Notes: generated by a model not told the origin, from the letters alone. A stretch of DNA of 64,000 bases from Octopus vulgaris (GCA_951406725.2 OX597815.1:58032001-58096000), one strand, 5' to 3'; shown: positions 1 through 12,626, numbered from the stretch's first letter. Program-made: numbers and translations.

Positions 1-879
1 TATATTTTACATGTCTTTCGTATAATTTTCATTATTACACTCACAATTTTTTTAAAAAAAGCAATGTTGTCAAAAATTAGAATTTTGATGTAAATATGTG
101 TATAGCCACGAATATGTATTTGTAAGCATGCGTCTCTGTGTATGTGTAAGTGAGCGTATGTTTGTGCTTAAGCACACACATACACGACTGTATGTGTATG
201 TATCCACTTGAACTTGTGTGTTTGTATACTTGTCTCTATATATATGTCAATAATGTGGTTACACAGCTTGTATACATAATTTTTCTTATTTCATTTTTTC
301 CCCACCCCTCCTTTTTCTTTTTTTCCTTCCCCCTTCTTTGTTCTTTTTTCCCTCTCTTCCTTTCTTTCGTTATTTTCTCTAACTATACGATACTTGTATA
401 GAGACATGCAACTTTACGTCCCCCCTCACTTACTCATGTCTTAAGCTTTGCTTCGTAAATAAGAACGCTACGTTAACATCCATGATTTTAGCTTGCATGT
501 GAACTAGATTGCGTATATATATGTATACATGCATTTGTGTGTATATTTTAGCTTTATATTTATACGTCTGTATATGATTGGGGTTTGCACGCATCTTTCT
601 GTGTATGTTGATATATATATGTATACTTTAATATGAATATGTATTGCAGTGTAATATTTTTAATGCTTTTTAATTTCCATGTATTAATTATATTTCCTTC
701 ATTAAGGTCAATATGTATTTTATTCAATGTAAGGTTTTTTCCTCGAATTTTATAATTTTTATATATATACATATATATATTTTTGAGCTCCTTTTTGTTT
801 ATCGCTCGAAGATTGACCGTTATTTCTAAAGGGCCAATCAAACAAGTCCATTTTTTTTAAAGGTGTAGCGTTTTTATAG

Positions 880-990
880 TCTGGATAGAATTGACATATC
901 GGTTCCATTCTAGCAAAAACTGTCCAATGAACGGCATCAGGAAACTCAGAGTAACAGGTTTTGTTGAATTTTCTGCTGCTTTAAATAAAG
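880..990 (+). mobile_element. Probable Penelope-like terminal fragment with a degenerate hammerhead-shaped motif
   Basis: aaaactgt-CCAATGA-10nt-GAAA-ctc a gag-TA-acaggtttt at 916-962, followed by AATAAA and (TA)n. Confidence 0.4.
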
Positions 991-1004
991 TATATATATA
1001 TATA

Positions 1005-1366
1005 TGGCTGATGCCAGTGCTGCCTGACTGGCACTCATGCTGGTAGCACATAAAAAGCACCATTCAAGTGTGGTCGATGCCAGTACCACTTCTTTGGCTC
1101 CCATGCTGGTAGCACATAAAAAGCACCATTCAAGCATGGTCGATGCCAGTGCAACCTGACTGTCCTCTGTGCCGGTGGCACATTAAAAGCACCCACTACA
1201 CTCTCGGAGTGGTTGGCATTATGAAAGGCATCCAACTGTAGAAACCTTGCCAGAACAGATTGGTAACCTGGTGCAGCCTCCTGGCTTGCCAGTCCTCAAT
1301 CAAGCCATCCAACGCATGCCAATATGGAAAGTAGACATTAAATGGTGATAATGATGATGATGATGA
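1005..1366 (+). mobile_element. RTE/SINE shared 3' tail with ~63-bp internal subrepeats and (ATG)n end
   Basis: ggttggcattatgaaaggcatccaactgtagaaac core, ending gacattaaatgg(tga)n; same family as the other copies in the window. Confidence 0.85.
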
Positions 1367-1674
1367 AGGGGTTATAATCTAAGCTGTATCATTGTGAAGC
1401 ACATCTGTACATTCAGGTTATCAAATTTATGTATATAAATGTTTTATTCTAAGTGAAGCATACATACCTGTTGAAAGTTATCTGATGAATCATATTATTT
1501 AGTATTATTTGTTTTTGTGAATCTGTGCCTAAGGAATTATGGATAATTCCCATACATGTATTTGACATGTAAACCTATTATGAATATATTATACTTATAA
1601 TATTATTATTGTATATTATTCATAATGCATTTTCTTTAGTATAAAGAAACAGAAATTTAAAATATACATAACTT

Positions 1675-2743
1675 TGGCAATGTGGTATTATCAAATACCT
1701 GCAAAAAAGGGTTTAGCCCCAAGTACATTCATGCTAATATGTGTGCTACATTAGGGCTTTATGAACAGTGCAAATGTGGACAGCTGAATTTAGGAGGGAA
1801 ACAGAGAGTTTTGAAGATTACCCAAAGTCTGGATATCCTGCAGCTGCCACCACCAAGGAAAACATTGATTGTGTTCACCACATGGTGGTGAATGACAGGT
1901 GATTAACTATAAATCAAATAGCCAATGCATAAGTGTATCCCGTGAGAGAGTTGAGAATAATCTGCACAATGAACTTGGCATGACAAAGGTTTCTGCTTGG
2001 TTGGTGCCATATCTTATGACACCTAATCAAAAGTACACTGGTTGGATCACATCAAGAGAAAATATGACATTGATTCAGGCAAATTCAGCTGGTTTTCTTG
2101 GACATATCCTAACCCAGGATGAGTGCGGGCTTCATCACTTTGAAACAAAGACAAAGAAACAATCCATGCAATGGAAACACTCCTTCTCACCTGTTCTAAA
2201 GAAGGCCAATGTTGTTTCATCTGCAGGAAAGAAGATGGCCTCTGTGTTTAGAGGATGCAAAAGGCATTGTATGTATTAACTATCTTCAAATGGGCCACCC
2301 CTTCAATGGAGAGTACTATGCCAACTTGCTGAGGCAGTTACAAAAGGCTATCAAAACCAAATGCCTAGGAAAACTGACAAAATCAGTTTTATTTCTTCAG
2401 GACAATGCTCCAGCACTCAAGTTGTTTGCTTCAATGGCTACTGTGTGTGACTGTGGCTGGTTTATCATTGTCCCTATTCTCCTGATTTGGCCCCATCTGA
2501 CTATCATCTGTTCCCCAACATGAAAAACACTTGGTTGGAAACCAGTATCACAGTGATGATAATGTCATATTTGGTGTTGATGATGCTTTTGATCAACAGG
2601 ATGAAAGCTTCTTCACCAATGAGATCCAAGCACTGCAACACTGATGTAAGAAGTCCATGAGCCACATGAAAACTAAACTTCATTTGGTCACATTCCATGC
2701 AAGTATCTCGGTCAGCCAGTAAACTTTTCAGCTAACCCTGATA
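1675..2743 (+). mobile_element. Decayed mariner (Tc1/mariner) transposon
   Basis: Frameshifted transposase motifs WLVPYLMT (WVPHEL-like), LTQDECGLHHFE, FLQDNAP and YSPDLAPSDYHLF (2474-2512). Right end aaacttttcagctaaccctgaTA resembles a mariner TIR. Confidence 0.9.
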
Positions 2744-2946
2744 TATATTGACCAAAAGATACCTCTCCAAATTATAATTTTTAAAAAATGGCACATACAA
2801 AAGAGCAAAAGAGAATATAACTTTACTAGCTTTATCATTTAACTAAATGTAACTGAAATGTTTTTGTAATGCCCAACACCAACATACCTGAAATATAAAG
2901 GAATTGTGATGCTGTAGATTATCTATTGTAATGAAACTCATTTTAC

Positions 2947-3043
2947 CTGAATTGTTTGACCTTCTAAAATAATAGAGGATGGTGGTTTCAAAAACACCAC
3001 TGGCTTTGAGGGTACCTCATTTCCAAGTTCTATGGCATGATCT
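2947..3043 (-). CDS. FAHD1: FAHD1-like coding exon 2 (gene continues beyond window start)
   Basis: Acceptor ttatttcccttcag| and donor cag|gtaaaa. The 97 nt encode (R)DHAIELGNEVPSKPVVFLKPPSSIILEGQTIQ, the FAH-family DH..ELGN..P..P..FLKP motif, in phase with exon 1. Confidence 0.92.
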
Positions 3044-4049
3044 CTGAAGGGAAATAATATATAATCACATTAAAAGATATTAATACCACAAGAAGTATGA
3101 TAATCTATTATATTTTGCAATTTTTTTTTTCTCAGAAATATTTCTTTTGTCTTGAGCTCTGAAAAACCTTTTTTCAGTCTGTAAAACTCCTCTCAATACA
3201 AGAAAAGCAACAGTCATAAATTAATTTTCATTATTTTCATTTTTTTAAAAAGTTTTTTTTGTTTAAATTTAAGATCAGCTTCATATCAAGGTACACAGAG
3301 TTATATTTTTAATTGTTATTATCTAAACTACCAATTCATTCAATCTGGTGTACTATTAATACTTATTTTAACAAAGGTCAGTGCAGAAAATACTCTTTCC
3401 TTTCTAAACTTCACTATGTGCTTTGCACTAGAATAATGCTTTTAGTTGCCAAAGACAGAGGACAAAGTCATCGGAGGAACAGAAAGAAGAATCTAAGACA
3501 GGTAATGGAGAAGAGATAAATGCAAAATTGTTAATGGAAACAAGGTAGTGTCATGCTTGAAAACATTTATAATCACCAAGAGAAATGGTTGCACAGCTTC
3601 CAGAATAGAAGATTACAAACTCTGAAATGGGCCATAAGTAAAATGCAGGTAAATCTCTTTCAACTTACACTCTTTCATCTTAAAATAACATTAGATAATG
3701 TTGTCCTGGGTTCCTTGCACACAGGAAAAAGATGGAATAGTCATGGCTGGAATTCCTTTGATCATAAGTTTGCTTGATCATGGGCTGCCCAGGGGTTAAA
3801 TGATAGTAGAAACAATAACAAGTACTGAAAATTTTCTCGCTCTTTGCCAATCCATTCAGGTATTACCTTAATTAATAAAATTTGTAAGAACAATAAACCA
3901 ATAGACAAGTGAAGAATTTAGTCCAGTTAATGGAGATTATACTGTGAAATAAACTACTTAACAAGTGCAGTGGGTATTTTCTTAAAGATAGACTGTCACA
4001 TTTCTCCATTATGTATTCAGAATGGCTATTTGTGTTGACAGCAGCATGA

Positions 4050-4225
4050 TAGATAATGCAATTAAGGATATGAAGACAGGGAAAGTTCATGGTCCATCAG
4101 GAGTTACCACTGAGATGCTTAAAATATCTGGTGGAGTAACATAGAGTCTAGTCACCCGCATAGTTAATCAGGTTATTCAGAAAGGAGAAATCCCCAGTGA
4201 CTGGTGTAGCAGCATTATAGTTACC
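4050..4225 (+). mobile_element. Short RTE LINE ORF2 fragment
   Basis: Translates as AIKDMKTGKVHGPSGVTTEMLKISGG*SLVTRIVNQVIQKGEIPSDWCSS, homologous to the ORF at 6294-6641. Confidence 0.85.
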
Positions 4226-4316
4226 TTGCTGTTGAAATTAACTGTAATGTTTAACATTCCTTGTACAGAACTTTCATAGGATTTTGCTATCCCTTAATGA
4301 GAGTTGTAACCTTCAT

Positions 4317-4345
<29 letters not shown>

Positions 4346-4347
<2 letters not shown>

Positions 4348-6890
4348 ATCATTTAATGTCCGCTTTCCATGCTAGCATGGGCTGGACGATTTGACTGAGG
4401 GCTGGCGAACCAGATGGCTGCACCAGGCTCCAATCTTGATCTGGCAGAGTTTCTACAGCTGAATGCCACCAGCACGGGCACCAGTCAGGCGGTACTGGCA
4501 ACGACCTCGCTCGAATCTTTTTACACGTGCCAGTGAAGCGACGTTGGTAACGATCACGCTCGAATGGTGCCCTTTTACGTGCCTACGGGTACAGAAGCCA
4601 GTTGGCTGCTCTGGCAACGATCACGCTCAGATTAGCACCCTACTAGCACTTGCACAAGTGCCAGTAAGGTGACGCTGGTAACAATTGTACTCGAATGGTG
4701 CCCTTTTATGTACCACTGACACGGAAGCCAGTTAGCTGCTCTGTCAATGATCACACTTGTATGGTGCTTTTTGCACCCCGCTAGCATGGATGCCAGTCAT
4801 CGAATTTATTTTGGTTTTGATTTCATTTGCCTCAACAGGTCTTCGCAAACAGAGTTTAGGGACCAAAGATGGAAAAGTTACGCATAAGCGGGCTGGTTAC
4901 GCTCCTGGCATAGGCCACAGGTTATGGTCTCATTTGGCTTGCTAGGTCTTCTCAAGCACAGCATATTTCCAAAAGTCTCGGTCGCTAGTCATTTCCTTGG
5001 TGAGGCCTAATGCTCAAAGATCATGCTTCACCACTTCATCCCAGGTCTTCCTGGGTCTACCTCTTCCACAGGTTCCCTCAACTGCTAGGGTGTGGCACTT
5101 TTTCACACAACTATCCTCATCCATTCTCACCACATGACCATACCAGCGCAGTCATCTCTCTTGCACACCACATCTAATGCTTCTTAGGTCCAACTTTTCT
5201 CTCAAGGTACTTACACACTGAGATTACACATCCATCAGATCATACTGGCTTCATTCCTTGCAAGCTTACACATGTCCTCAGCAGTCACAGCCCATGTTTC
5301 ACTGCCGTGTAGCATGGCTGTTCGTACACATGCGTCATACAGTCTGCCTTTTACTCTGAGCGAGAGGCCCTTTGTCACCAGCAGAAGTAATAGCTCTCTG
5401 AACTTTGCCCAAGCTATTCTTATTCTAGCAGTTACACTTTCAGCGCACCCTCCTCTGCTACTGACTTGGTCACCTAGGTAATGGAAGCTATCAACTACTT
5501 CTAGTTTTTCTCCCTGGAATGTGGTGGAGGTTGGTCTCTGCGCATTTTCAGTGTTTATCGCTCCCGAGCATCTGCCACATACAAAAACTATCTTCCCAGT
5601 TAGCCTTTCTTTGATATTACTGCACCTTTTATGTGTCCATCTTACAGAGTTTCTACCTATGCCTCTACTACAGATTGAGTAAGGCCATCTACCTGAAGGG
5701 ATTTGTGGTTTGCCTACCTTCCTACTTATTAGGACTTTGGTTTTAGCTAGGTTGATTCTAAGGAACTTCGATTCTAATCCCTGTTTCCACACTTGAAACT
5801 TCTCCTCTAGTTTTGATAGTGACTCAGCAATTAGAGCAAGGTTGTCAGCATAGAGGAGCTCCCAGGGGCATCCTGTCTTGAATTCCTCCATTATTGCCTG
5901 GAGGACTATGATAAATAGGAGGGGGCTGAGGACTGAATCCCTACCTCTACCTTGAATTCTTCAGTGTACTCGTTGCAACCCTTACCTTACAGCATCCCTG
6001 TACATGGCTTGCACAGCTCTCACTAACCATTCATCTACCCCTAGTTTCCTCATTGACCACCAGAGAAGGGATCGGGGGACCTTGTCAAAGGCTTTCTCCA
6101 TGTCAACGAAAGCCAGGTACAGGGGCTTATCTTTGGCTAGGTATTTCTCCTGCAGCTGTCTTACCAGAAATATGGCATCAGCGGTGCTTTTCCCTTGCAC
6201 GATACCAAACTGCATCTCATCCAAGCTGACTCTCTCCCTAATCAGTTGGGCTATGCTACACCAGTCATTGGGTATGACTCCTTCGTGTATCACCTAGTTA
6301 ACTATACGGGTGACTAGGCTATAGCCGACACTGCCAGATATTTTGAGCATCTCTGCAGTAATTCCTGATGGGCCTGGGGCTTTCCCTGTCTTCATGCTTC
6401 TAATTGCCTCAACTACCAAGGAACTGTCAACTCGGATAGCTGGTCCCTCTGTTGGGTCAACATTCGGCAGACTCTCTTTATCCCATTCATTTTCTTGATT
6501 CAGCAACCTTTCATAGTGGCGTCTCCAAACCTCTCTCTTTGCATCCTCATTTAGCGCAAGTGAACCATCATCCATGCGAACGCATTTCTCTCCTACCACA
6601 TCACGATTCTCTCTCACACACTGTCTTGCAACACAAAACACCTCAAGTCTAGGTCCTCACAGTGCAGAACATTGGCAAATTTTTTCTTATCTGCTTCCCC
6701 TCTGGCAAAATAAACCTACCTGCTAGCCTCCCTTCTGGCAATCTGATATACTTCCCTGCTACCACCATTCTTCCAGTCCTTCCAAGCCTGTTTCTTTTGT
6801 CTAATAGCCTTGTCAACAACATTGTTCCACCACCATGTTACTTTGGGTCGAGAGGGGACTTTGCACCATCCACAGATCTGGTCCATGTAT
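4346..6890 (-). mobile_element. RTE-clade LINE, 5'-truncated and degenerate, with 3' UTR and (ATG)n tail
   Basis: ORFs 6294-6641, 5982-6293 (QFG, FVDMEKAFDKVPR) and 5235-5891 (LLYADNL, inactivated YADD; Cys/His-rich insert; YLG). Flanked by (TA)n. Confidence 0.95.
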
Positions 6891-6931
6891 AATATATACA
6901 TATATATATGTGTATGTAAGTATGTATATGT

Positions 6932-8540
6932 CATCATCATCATCATTTAACGTCCGTTTTCCATGCTAGCATGGGTCGGATAGTTCAACAGGGGTCTGGG
7001 AAGCCAGGAGGCCGCACAAGCCTCCAGTCTGATCTGGCAGTGTTTCTCCAGCTGGATGCTCTTCCTAACGCCAACCACTCCGTGAGTGTAGTGGGTGCTT
7101 TTTACGTGTCACTGGCACAGGGGCCAGAGGAGGTTGGCAAAAGGCCGCTTTTACGTGTCACCGACACAGATGCCAGTCAGGCAACGCTGGCATCAGCCAC
7201 ATTCAGACAGTGCTTTTTATGTGTCACTGGTACGGGTCTCTTAACTACAGTTTCCATTTGATTTTTATTTTGATGTTGGTGTTGCCGTACTTGACTCAAT
7301 AGGTCTCTTCAAGAACAGCAGGTTAGTCTACGATCCAAGATTAGCTCAGCAAGGTGTCCTGCGAGCCATGAACTCACTTCATTTGTTGGGTCTTCACAGT
7401 CACAGCATATCTCAGAGGTCTTGGTCTTCGTCATTTCCTCTGTGAGGCCCTATTTGCACAGGTATCACAACTACAATATCCATTCAATTTTTATTTTGAT
7501 ATTGATGCACTTGACTCAATAGGTCTCCTCAAACACAGCAGGCCGTCCTGCAAGCTATGAACTCACTTCATTTGTTGGGTCTTTGAAGTCACAGCATATC
7601 TCCAGAGGTCTTGGTCTTTCGTCATAGCCTCCGTGAGGCCCAACGTATGAAGGTTATGCTTGACCACCTCGACCCATGTCTTCTTGGGTCTACCTCTACT
7701 CCAGATTCCTTCAACGGTTTGGGAGTGGCACTTCTTCACACATCTCTCATCATCCATCTGTAGTACATGACCATACCAATGCAAACGTCTCTCCTGCACA
7801 CTGCATCCGATGCTTCTTATGTCAAACATTTCTCTCAGGGTGCTTACACTCTGTTGTGCAAGGACACTGACATTACACAACCAGCGGATCATGCTAGCTT
7901 CATTTCTTTCAAGCCTACATATGTCCTCTGCAGTCACAGCCCATGTTTCACTGCCGTGAAGCATGGCAGTTCACACACATGCGTCGTACAATCTACCTTT
8001 CACTCTGAGCGAGAGACCCTTTGTCGTCAGTAGGGGAAGAAGCTTCCTAAACTTTGCCCAGGCTATTCTTATTCTAGTGGTAACACTTGCTGAGCATCCA
8101 CCCCAACTACTAACTTGGTCAACTAGGTAGCGGAAACTCTCAACTACTTCTAGTTTCTCCCCCAAGAGTGTAATGGAATCTGCTTTCTGATTATCAATGG
8201 TGTCTATTGCCCCTGTGCATCTGCTGCACGCAAAAGCTATCTTCTCGGTTAATTTTCCCTTGATGTTGCTGCACCTCTTATGTGTCCATAGCTTACACTG
8301 GGTATACCTTATGGAGTTTCTACCTACACCTTTTCTACAGATCGAGCAGGGCCACCTACCTGAAGGGGTGTGTGATGAGTTTGCCTTCCTACTTACTGGA
8401 ACTTTGGTCTTTGCTACATTGACTCTAAGGCCTTTTGATTCTAAACCCAGCTTCCACACACAAAATTTCTTCTCTAGTTCCAGTAGTGATTCTGCTATGA
8501 GGGCTAGGTCATCAGCATAGAGGAGTGCCCAGGGGCAACA
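6932..8540 (-). mobile_element. Second RTE-clade LINE, truncated just upstream of YADD
   Basis: LLYADDLA at ~8501-8525; ORFs 7971-8459 and 7563-7964 (HGSETW, WYGHV, RGRPKKTW); 3' UTR runs into the shared tail; (TA)n at both ends. Confidence 0.95.
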
Positions 8541-8562
8541 TATATATATATATATATATAAG

Positions 8563-8602
<40 letters not shown>

Positions 8603-8612
8603 TATGTATATA

Positions 8613-8925
8613 TCATCATCATCGTTTAACGTCCATTCTCCATGCTAGCATGGGTTGGACGGTTCGACCGGGGATCTGGGAAGCCAGAAGGCTGCACCAG
8701 GCTCCAGTCTGATCTGGCAGTGTTTCTACAGCTGGATGCCCTTCCTAACGCCAACCAATCCGAGAGTAGTGGTTGCTTTTTATGTGCCACCTGCACAGGT
8801 GCCAAGCGAGGCTGGCAACGGCCATGATCGGATTGATGCATTTTACGTGCCACCGGCATGGAAGCCAGTCGAGGCGGCACTGGCATTGGCCACGATTCGG
8901 ACAGTGCTTTTTACGTGCCACCAGC
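8613..8925 (-). mobile_element. RTE/SINE shared 3' tail
   Basis: (cat)n-gtttaacgtcc...ccatgctagcatgg...cccttcctaacgccaacc, adjacent to (TA)n. Confidence 0.9.
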
Positions 8926-8938
8926 ATAAATACATATT

Positions 8939-8976
<38 letters not shown>

Positions 8977-9319
8977 CTCGTGTGTCCATGTCCGTCCCCC
9001 CAACATCACCCGACAACCCCGCAATATATATATATATATATGCATATTGCATATATGGGTACAGTTTGTCACCAACAGTAAACAACATGAAGTATGAAAA
9101 CAAATGAGTTAAATATGCAAACAAGAGAAAAAATGGAAAACAGGACAAGTAACACAAATTTTAAATTCCTGCCACTCCATATCTGTCTAGCCTTAGACTG
9201 GCATCGAGTCAAATCGCCACAGTTTATGCCCACTCACACACATGTTCACCTTTTTTACTGGGAGATATGTGACTGCAAACAGAACATATTCATGTAATGT
9301 TATAAGTTTTCCTTCAATT

Positions 9320-10050
9320 AACCTTGTATGTTAATGCATAACCTCCAGTAATAAAAGTTATGACTTATTACAAGCGTCTCTTGAAATTTTATTTTCTTGT
9401 TTTTACAAACAAGATGGTGACCCCTCTTTCTCTCATACTGACTAAATTATAGTGTGTCATTAAGTCTACGTTATCACTATAAAATGGATAACCCTGACAT
9501 CACTATGTGTTCATGTTTGAGGAGAATACATTGTTCAGGTGCACTAAAAAACATGAGGCCAATTGCCCCAAATTACACAATAATAAGTGTGATTGTGCAT
9601 CGACCAAATGGCTGTGGCACTTCCACAAATATGACCGACCTCGAGTCTGATCTAACATTGCATCCTATTAGTCGTTGGCAACAATTTAAGAGCTTGCTCA
9701 AAAATGAGGCTTCAATTATCAGGAGGTGCAGTCTGTGTGGTATTGACACCAAGCACACTGGTAGAGTGAGCCATGTGTTGCCAAACCTGGTTCTTTATTT
9801 GAACAAATTCAAATATATAGACAATCAGATGGTCAGGATTAATTTGAAGCATTTACGGCCAGAGATTCTGATTGATGGGCTCAGTGTTGCACATGTTGAC
9901 TAGAGCAGACTCAGGCCACTACGCCAGCATTGTTCACAACCTAGAGAAATGGACCATCATTGACGATGCCATCTCTTACAAGCAGTATATAGCTTTCCTG
10001 TGTAAACTGCTTAACAACTACCTGTTGTTCTTGGAAAAATTGAATTAAAT
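9320..10050 (+). pseudogene. Decayed intronless ubiquitin-specific protease (C19/USP)-like domain
   Basis: CSLC..LPNLVLYLNKFKY in ORF 9454-9903. After a stop and frameshift the sequence reads ADSGHYASIVHNLEKWTIIDDAIS...NYLLFLEK* (His box). YVNA..LQ at 9327-9348 is a possible broken Cys box. Confidence 0.6.
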
Positions 10051-10687
10051 TGAATTGAAATGAAATTAATTTTCAAGGCCAATATAAAGCAACAAGTATT
10101 ATTTGATGAATCATTTGCTTGACAGTCAGACAGGAAATGTGACAAAGGAGGTGAGATATAACTTTTTATCTCTATACAGTGCTTTATTTGAATAGCTTAA
10201 GCACATTTATGAATTTATTAGGATAATATGAATCTGGTCCCACCATTGAGCTATATTATCTCAGTGGTGAATGACTGCAATTTTTTTTTCACTTTCCAGA
10301 GGTTGTTGGTCAGACTTGCAGCTTCCATGGCGATTTTTATTATAATACTGGAAAGTCATGTCACTCGACCAGATTCTTGTAACCATTTATCTCTCCGTAT
10401 GATAATAGACAAATACAACAATTATTATCGATTGTATCGTATATTTTTTAATATCACACTATTTCAATTGGTCGGTATTTGGGTATCAGGTTATTAGAGG
10501 CTACCACACCATTAGGAGAAATACGGTACATATATAAAATATTACAAGCATTGCCTTAAAAAGTACAAAACTCTAATTGAAAAATGTGCACGCTCAAAAG
10601 GGTTACAGACTGTCATAATAAACCTTAAAAAGTATGGGATTAGCATTGTTGCTCAAAAATATTGGAATCACTGTACATTCTGACGTG

Positions 10688-11238
10688 GAGGTGAAGAATA
10701 TGCACACCACCTGTTTTTGGCGTCACAAAAACTCTAACCTTAATCCTAGCCCCAACTCTAAACCTAACCCTAAACACTGGGTGGGCAAGACTTCCTTTTG
10801 TAACCCCTTTTTTTATTTAATTTTTTTTCTACACAACCCCCCCATTTTTGGCAATGGAGAACACAATTCGGCAAAAAAATTGGCAAAAATCAGCATTTTG
10901 AAATTCCCCCCCCCCCTAAATTCTTCGTTTTCAACTTTTTTCACAATTTTTTTTTTTTTTGTCAAAATATGTGAAAAAATACAGAGATTATGATCCTGAA
11001 AAAAATTTCCAAAATTTTTCTGCTTACGGTTAGGGTTTAGGGTTAGGGGAAAAAAAGTGAAAAATGAAGAAATTGGGGAGGAGGAAATGGTGGGGGACAA
11101 ACAATTTCAAAATTACGATTTTTGGCAATTTTCCGGAGTCTCCGTATCTGAAAACGTGGGTTTTGAGGGAAAAAAAATTATTTAAAAGAAAAGGTGGGGA
11201 GGAAGTCTTTCTACCGGGTGTGCATATTCTTTACCTTC
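10688..11238. mobile_element. Small MITE with CCCTAA-like repeats, interrupted by another MITE
   Basis: TIRs ggtgaagaatatgcacacc / ggtgtgcatattctttacc; TSD degenerate. Confidence 0.6.
10784..11212. mobile_element. Merlin-like MITE family A
   Basis: Termini ggcaagacttcc / ggaagtctttct; 8-bp TSD actgggtg / accgggtg. Confidence 0.8.
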
Positions 11239-11860
11239 GCCTTTTCTGTGGCATCCTTTTATCACAAGAAATTTGTTTAGTTCATCGAAATTAAGTTGTA
11301 TTAAAAATGAATTAAATTATTGTATACTAAATTTTAACAAAACAATTGTGTACAAAATACTAATGTCATTTATTATGCCATAATTCAATCTATGAATGAT
11401 AATTTTTATAAATTTACAAGTAATTAATCAAAAACAATTTAGTAATAATTTATTTAATTTTCATATGTGTATCATAATGCGAATTATCTTTACTTATAAT
11501 TATTTCGGTTTCGCACTTTTGCTGTGTAGTAAAAAAGTTTTGAAGCAGATATGTTTTGAAATAGACTGGAGTTGTTTAGTGAAAATTTTCTGTTGGCACT
11601 AAAGTTTAGATGAAGTCAATTTGAAAAGATTCTTTTCATTGGCTTAATAAATTATTAGCTGAAGCCGTCCTAGTTTTCGACCAAAAATTGTTCTGAAATA
11701 TAGTTCCTGATGCTTATAGAAACCAAGGTTTTCTGATATTTTCCAGTGACTTTTAGGCTACCTTGTAGTGTTGAATTATTCTCACGCTCATGAAATAGAC
11801 ATGGCATTGTCTATTTTTCTTTATCATGACCTTATGTAATTTATCTAAAGTAGTTTGAGG

Positions 11861-12626
11861 GGATCTTTTGAATGGCATATGTGAACACAATTTCTAGTTA
11901 ACTAAACACTTTTAAACTTCGTATACTGGTAGAATGTGTTTATAAAACATCATTTTTTCTTGGCTTTATTGAGAAAATTCTATAGTTTGTAATATATTTC
12001 CACCTTAAAATCAAGCATTTCGGCAATTTTAACCAATCAAATACGTCCATTTGGAGTCAAAACATACCGTGCTGTATGAATATGTCCCTTGTGTAAGAAA
12101 CAGATTGGGTTTATTTACATTTGCGAAGAAAAAAAGATACCCTAACCCTACCCCTAAAATAGATTGAAATGCAAAGATTGATACTAGGGTTATAATTATG
12201 GGTGACAATTTCACCGCTACGGAAAATGGGATTTTTTTCTAGCAGTGTCAAATGAAAATGTCACCCATAATTATAACCCTAGTATCGATCTTTGCATTTC
12301 AATCTATTTTAGGGTTAGGTTTAGTTAGAGTTAGGGTTAGGGGTGGGGGAAGGATATCTTTTTTTCTTCGCAAATGTAAATAAACCCAATCTGTTTCTTA
12401 AACGAGGACATATTCATACAGCACGGTATGTTTTGACTCCAAATGGACGTATTTGATTGGTTAAAATTGCCGAAATGCTCGATTTTAAAGTGGAAATATG
12501 TTACAAACTATAGAATTTTCTCAATAAAGCCAAGAAAAAATGATGTTTTATAAACACATTCTAACAGTATACGAAGTTTAAAACTAGAAATTGTGTTGAA
12601 AACTGCCGTTCAAAAGGAAAAGATCC
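11861..12626. mobile_element. Merlin-like fold-back MITE family B (near-complete palindrome)
   Basis: Termini ggatctttt / aaaagatcc; arms of ~370 bp are mutually reverse-complementary; TSD gtttgagg / gtttaaga (6/8). Confidence 0.8.

Noticed and set aside
150-841. ORFs 150-401 and 560-841, and the many YI/HT/CV-rich ORFs elsewhere
   Set aside because: Translations of (TA)n, (CA)n and T-rich low-complexity DNA with no protein motifs.
2889-2912. 24-nt FAHD1 microexon (ag|catcac...ttcag|gtatgt)
   Set aside because: The peptide HHNSFIFQ does not fit the expected FAHD1 continuation and the preceding intron would be only ~34 nt.
3780-3800. piggyBac-like end ggggTTAA
   Set aside because: No matching left TIR; it resembles the reverse-oriented repeat end near 36970-37050 instead.
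12300-12350. Telomere or chromosome-end signal
   Set aside because: Only a few TTAGGG units, internal to MITEs.
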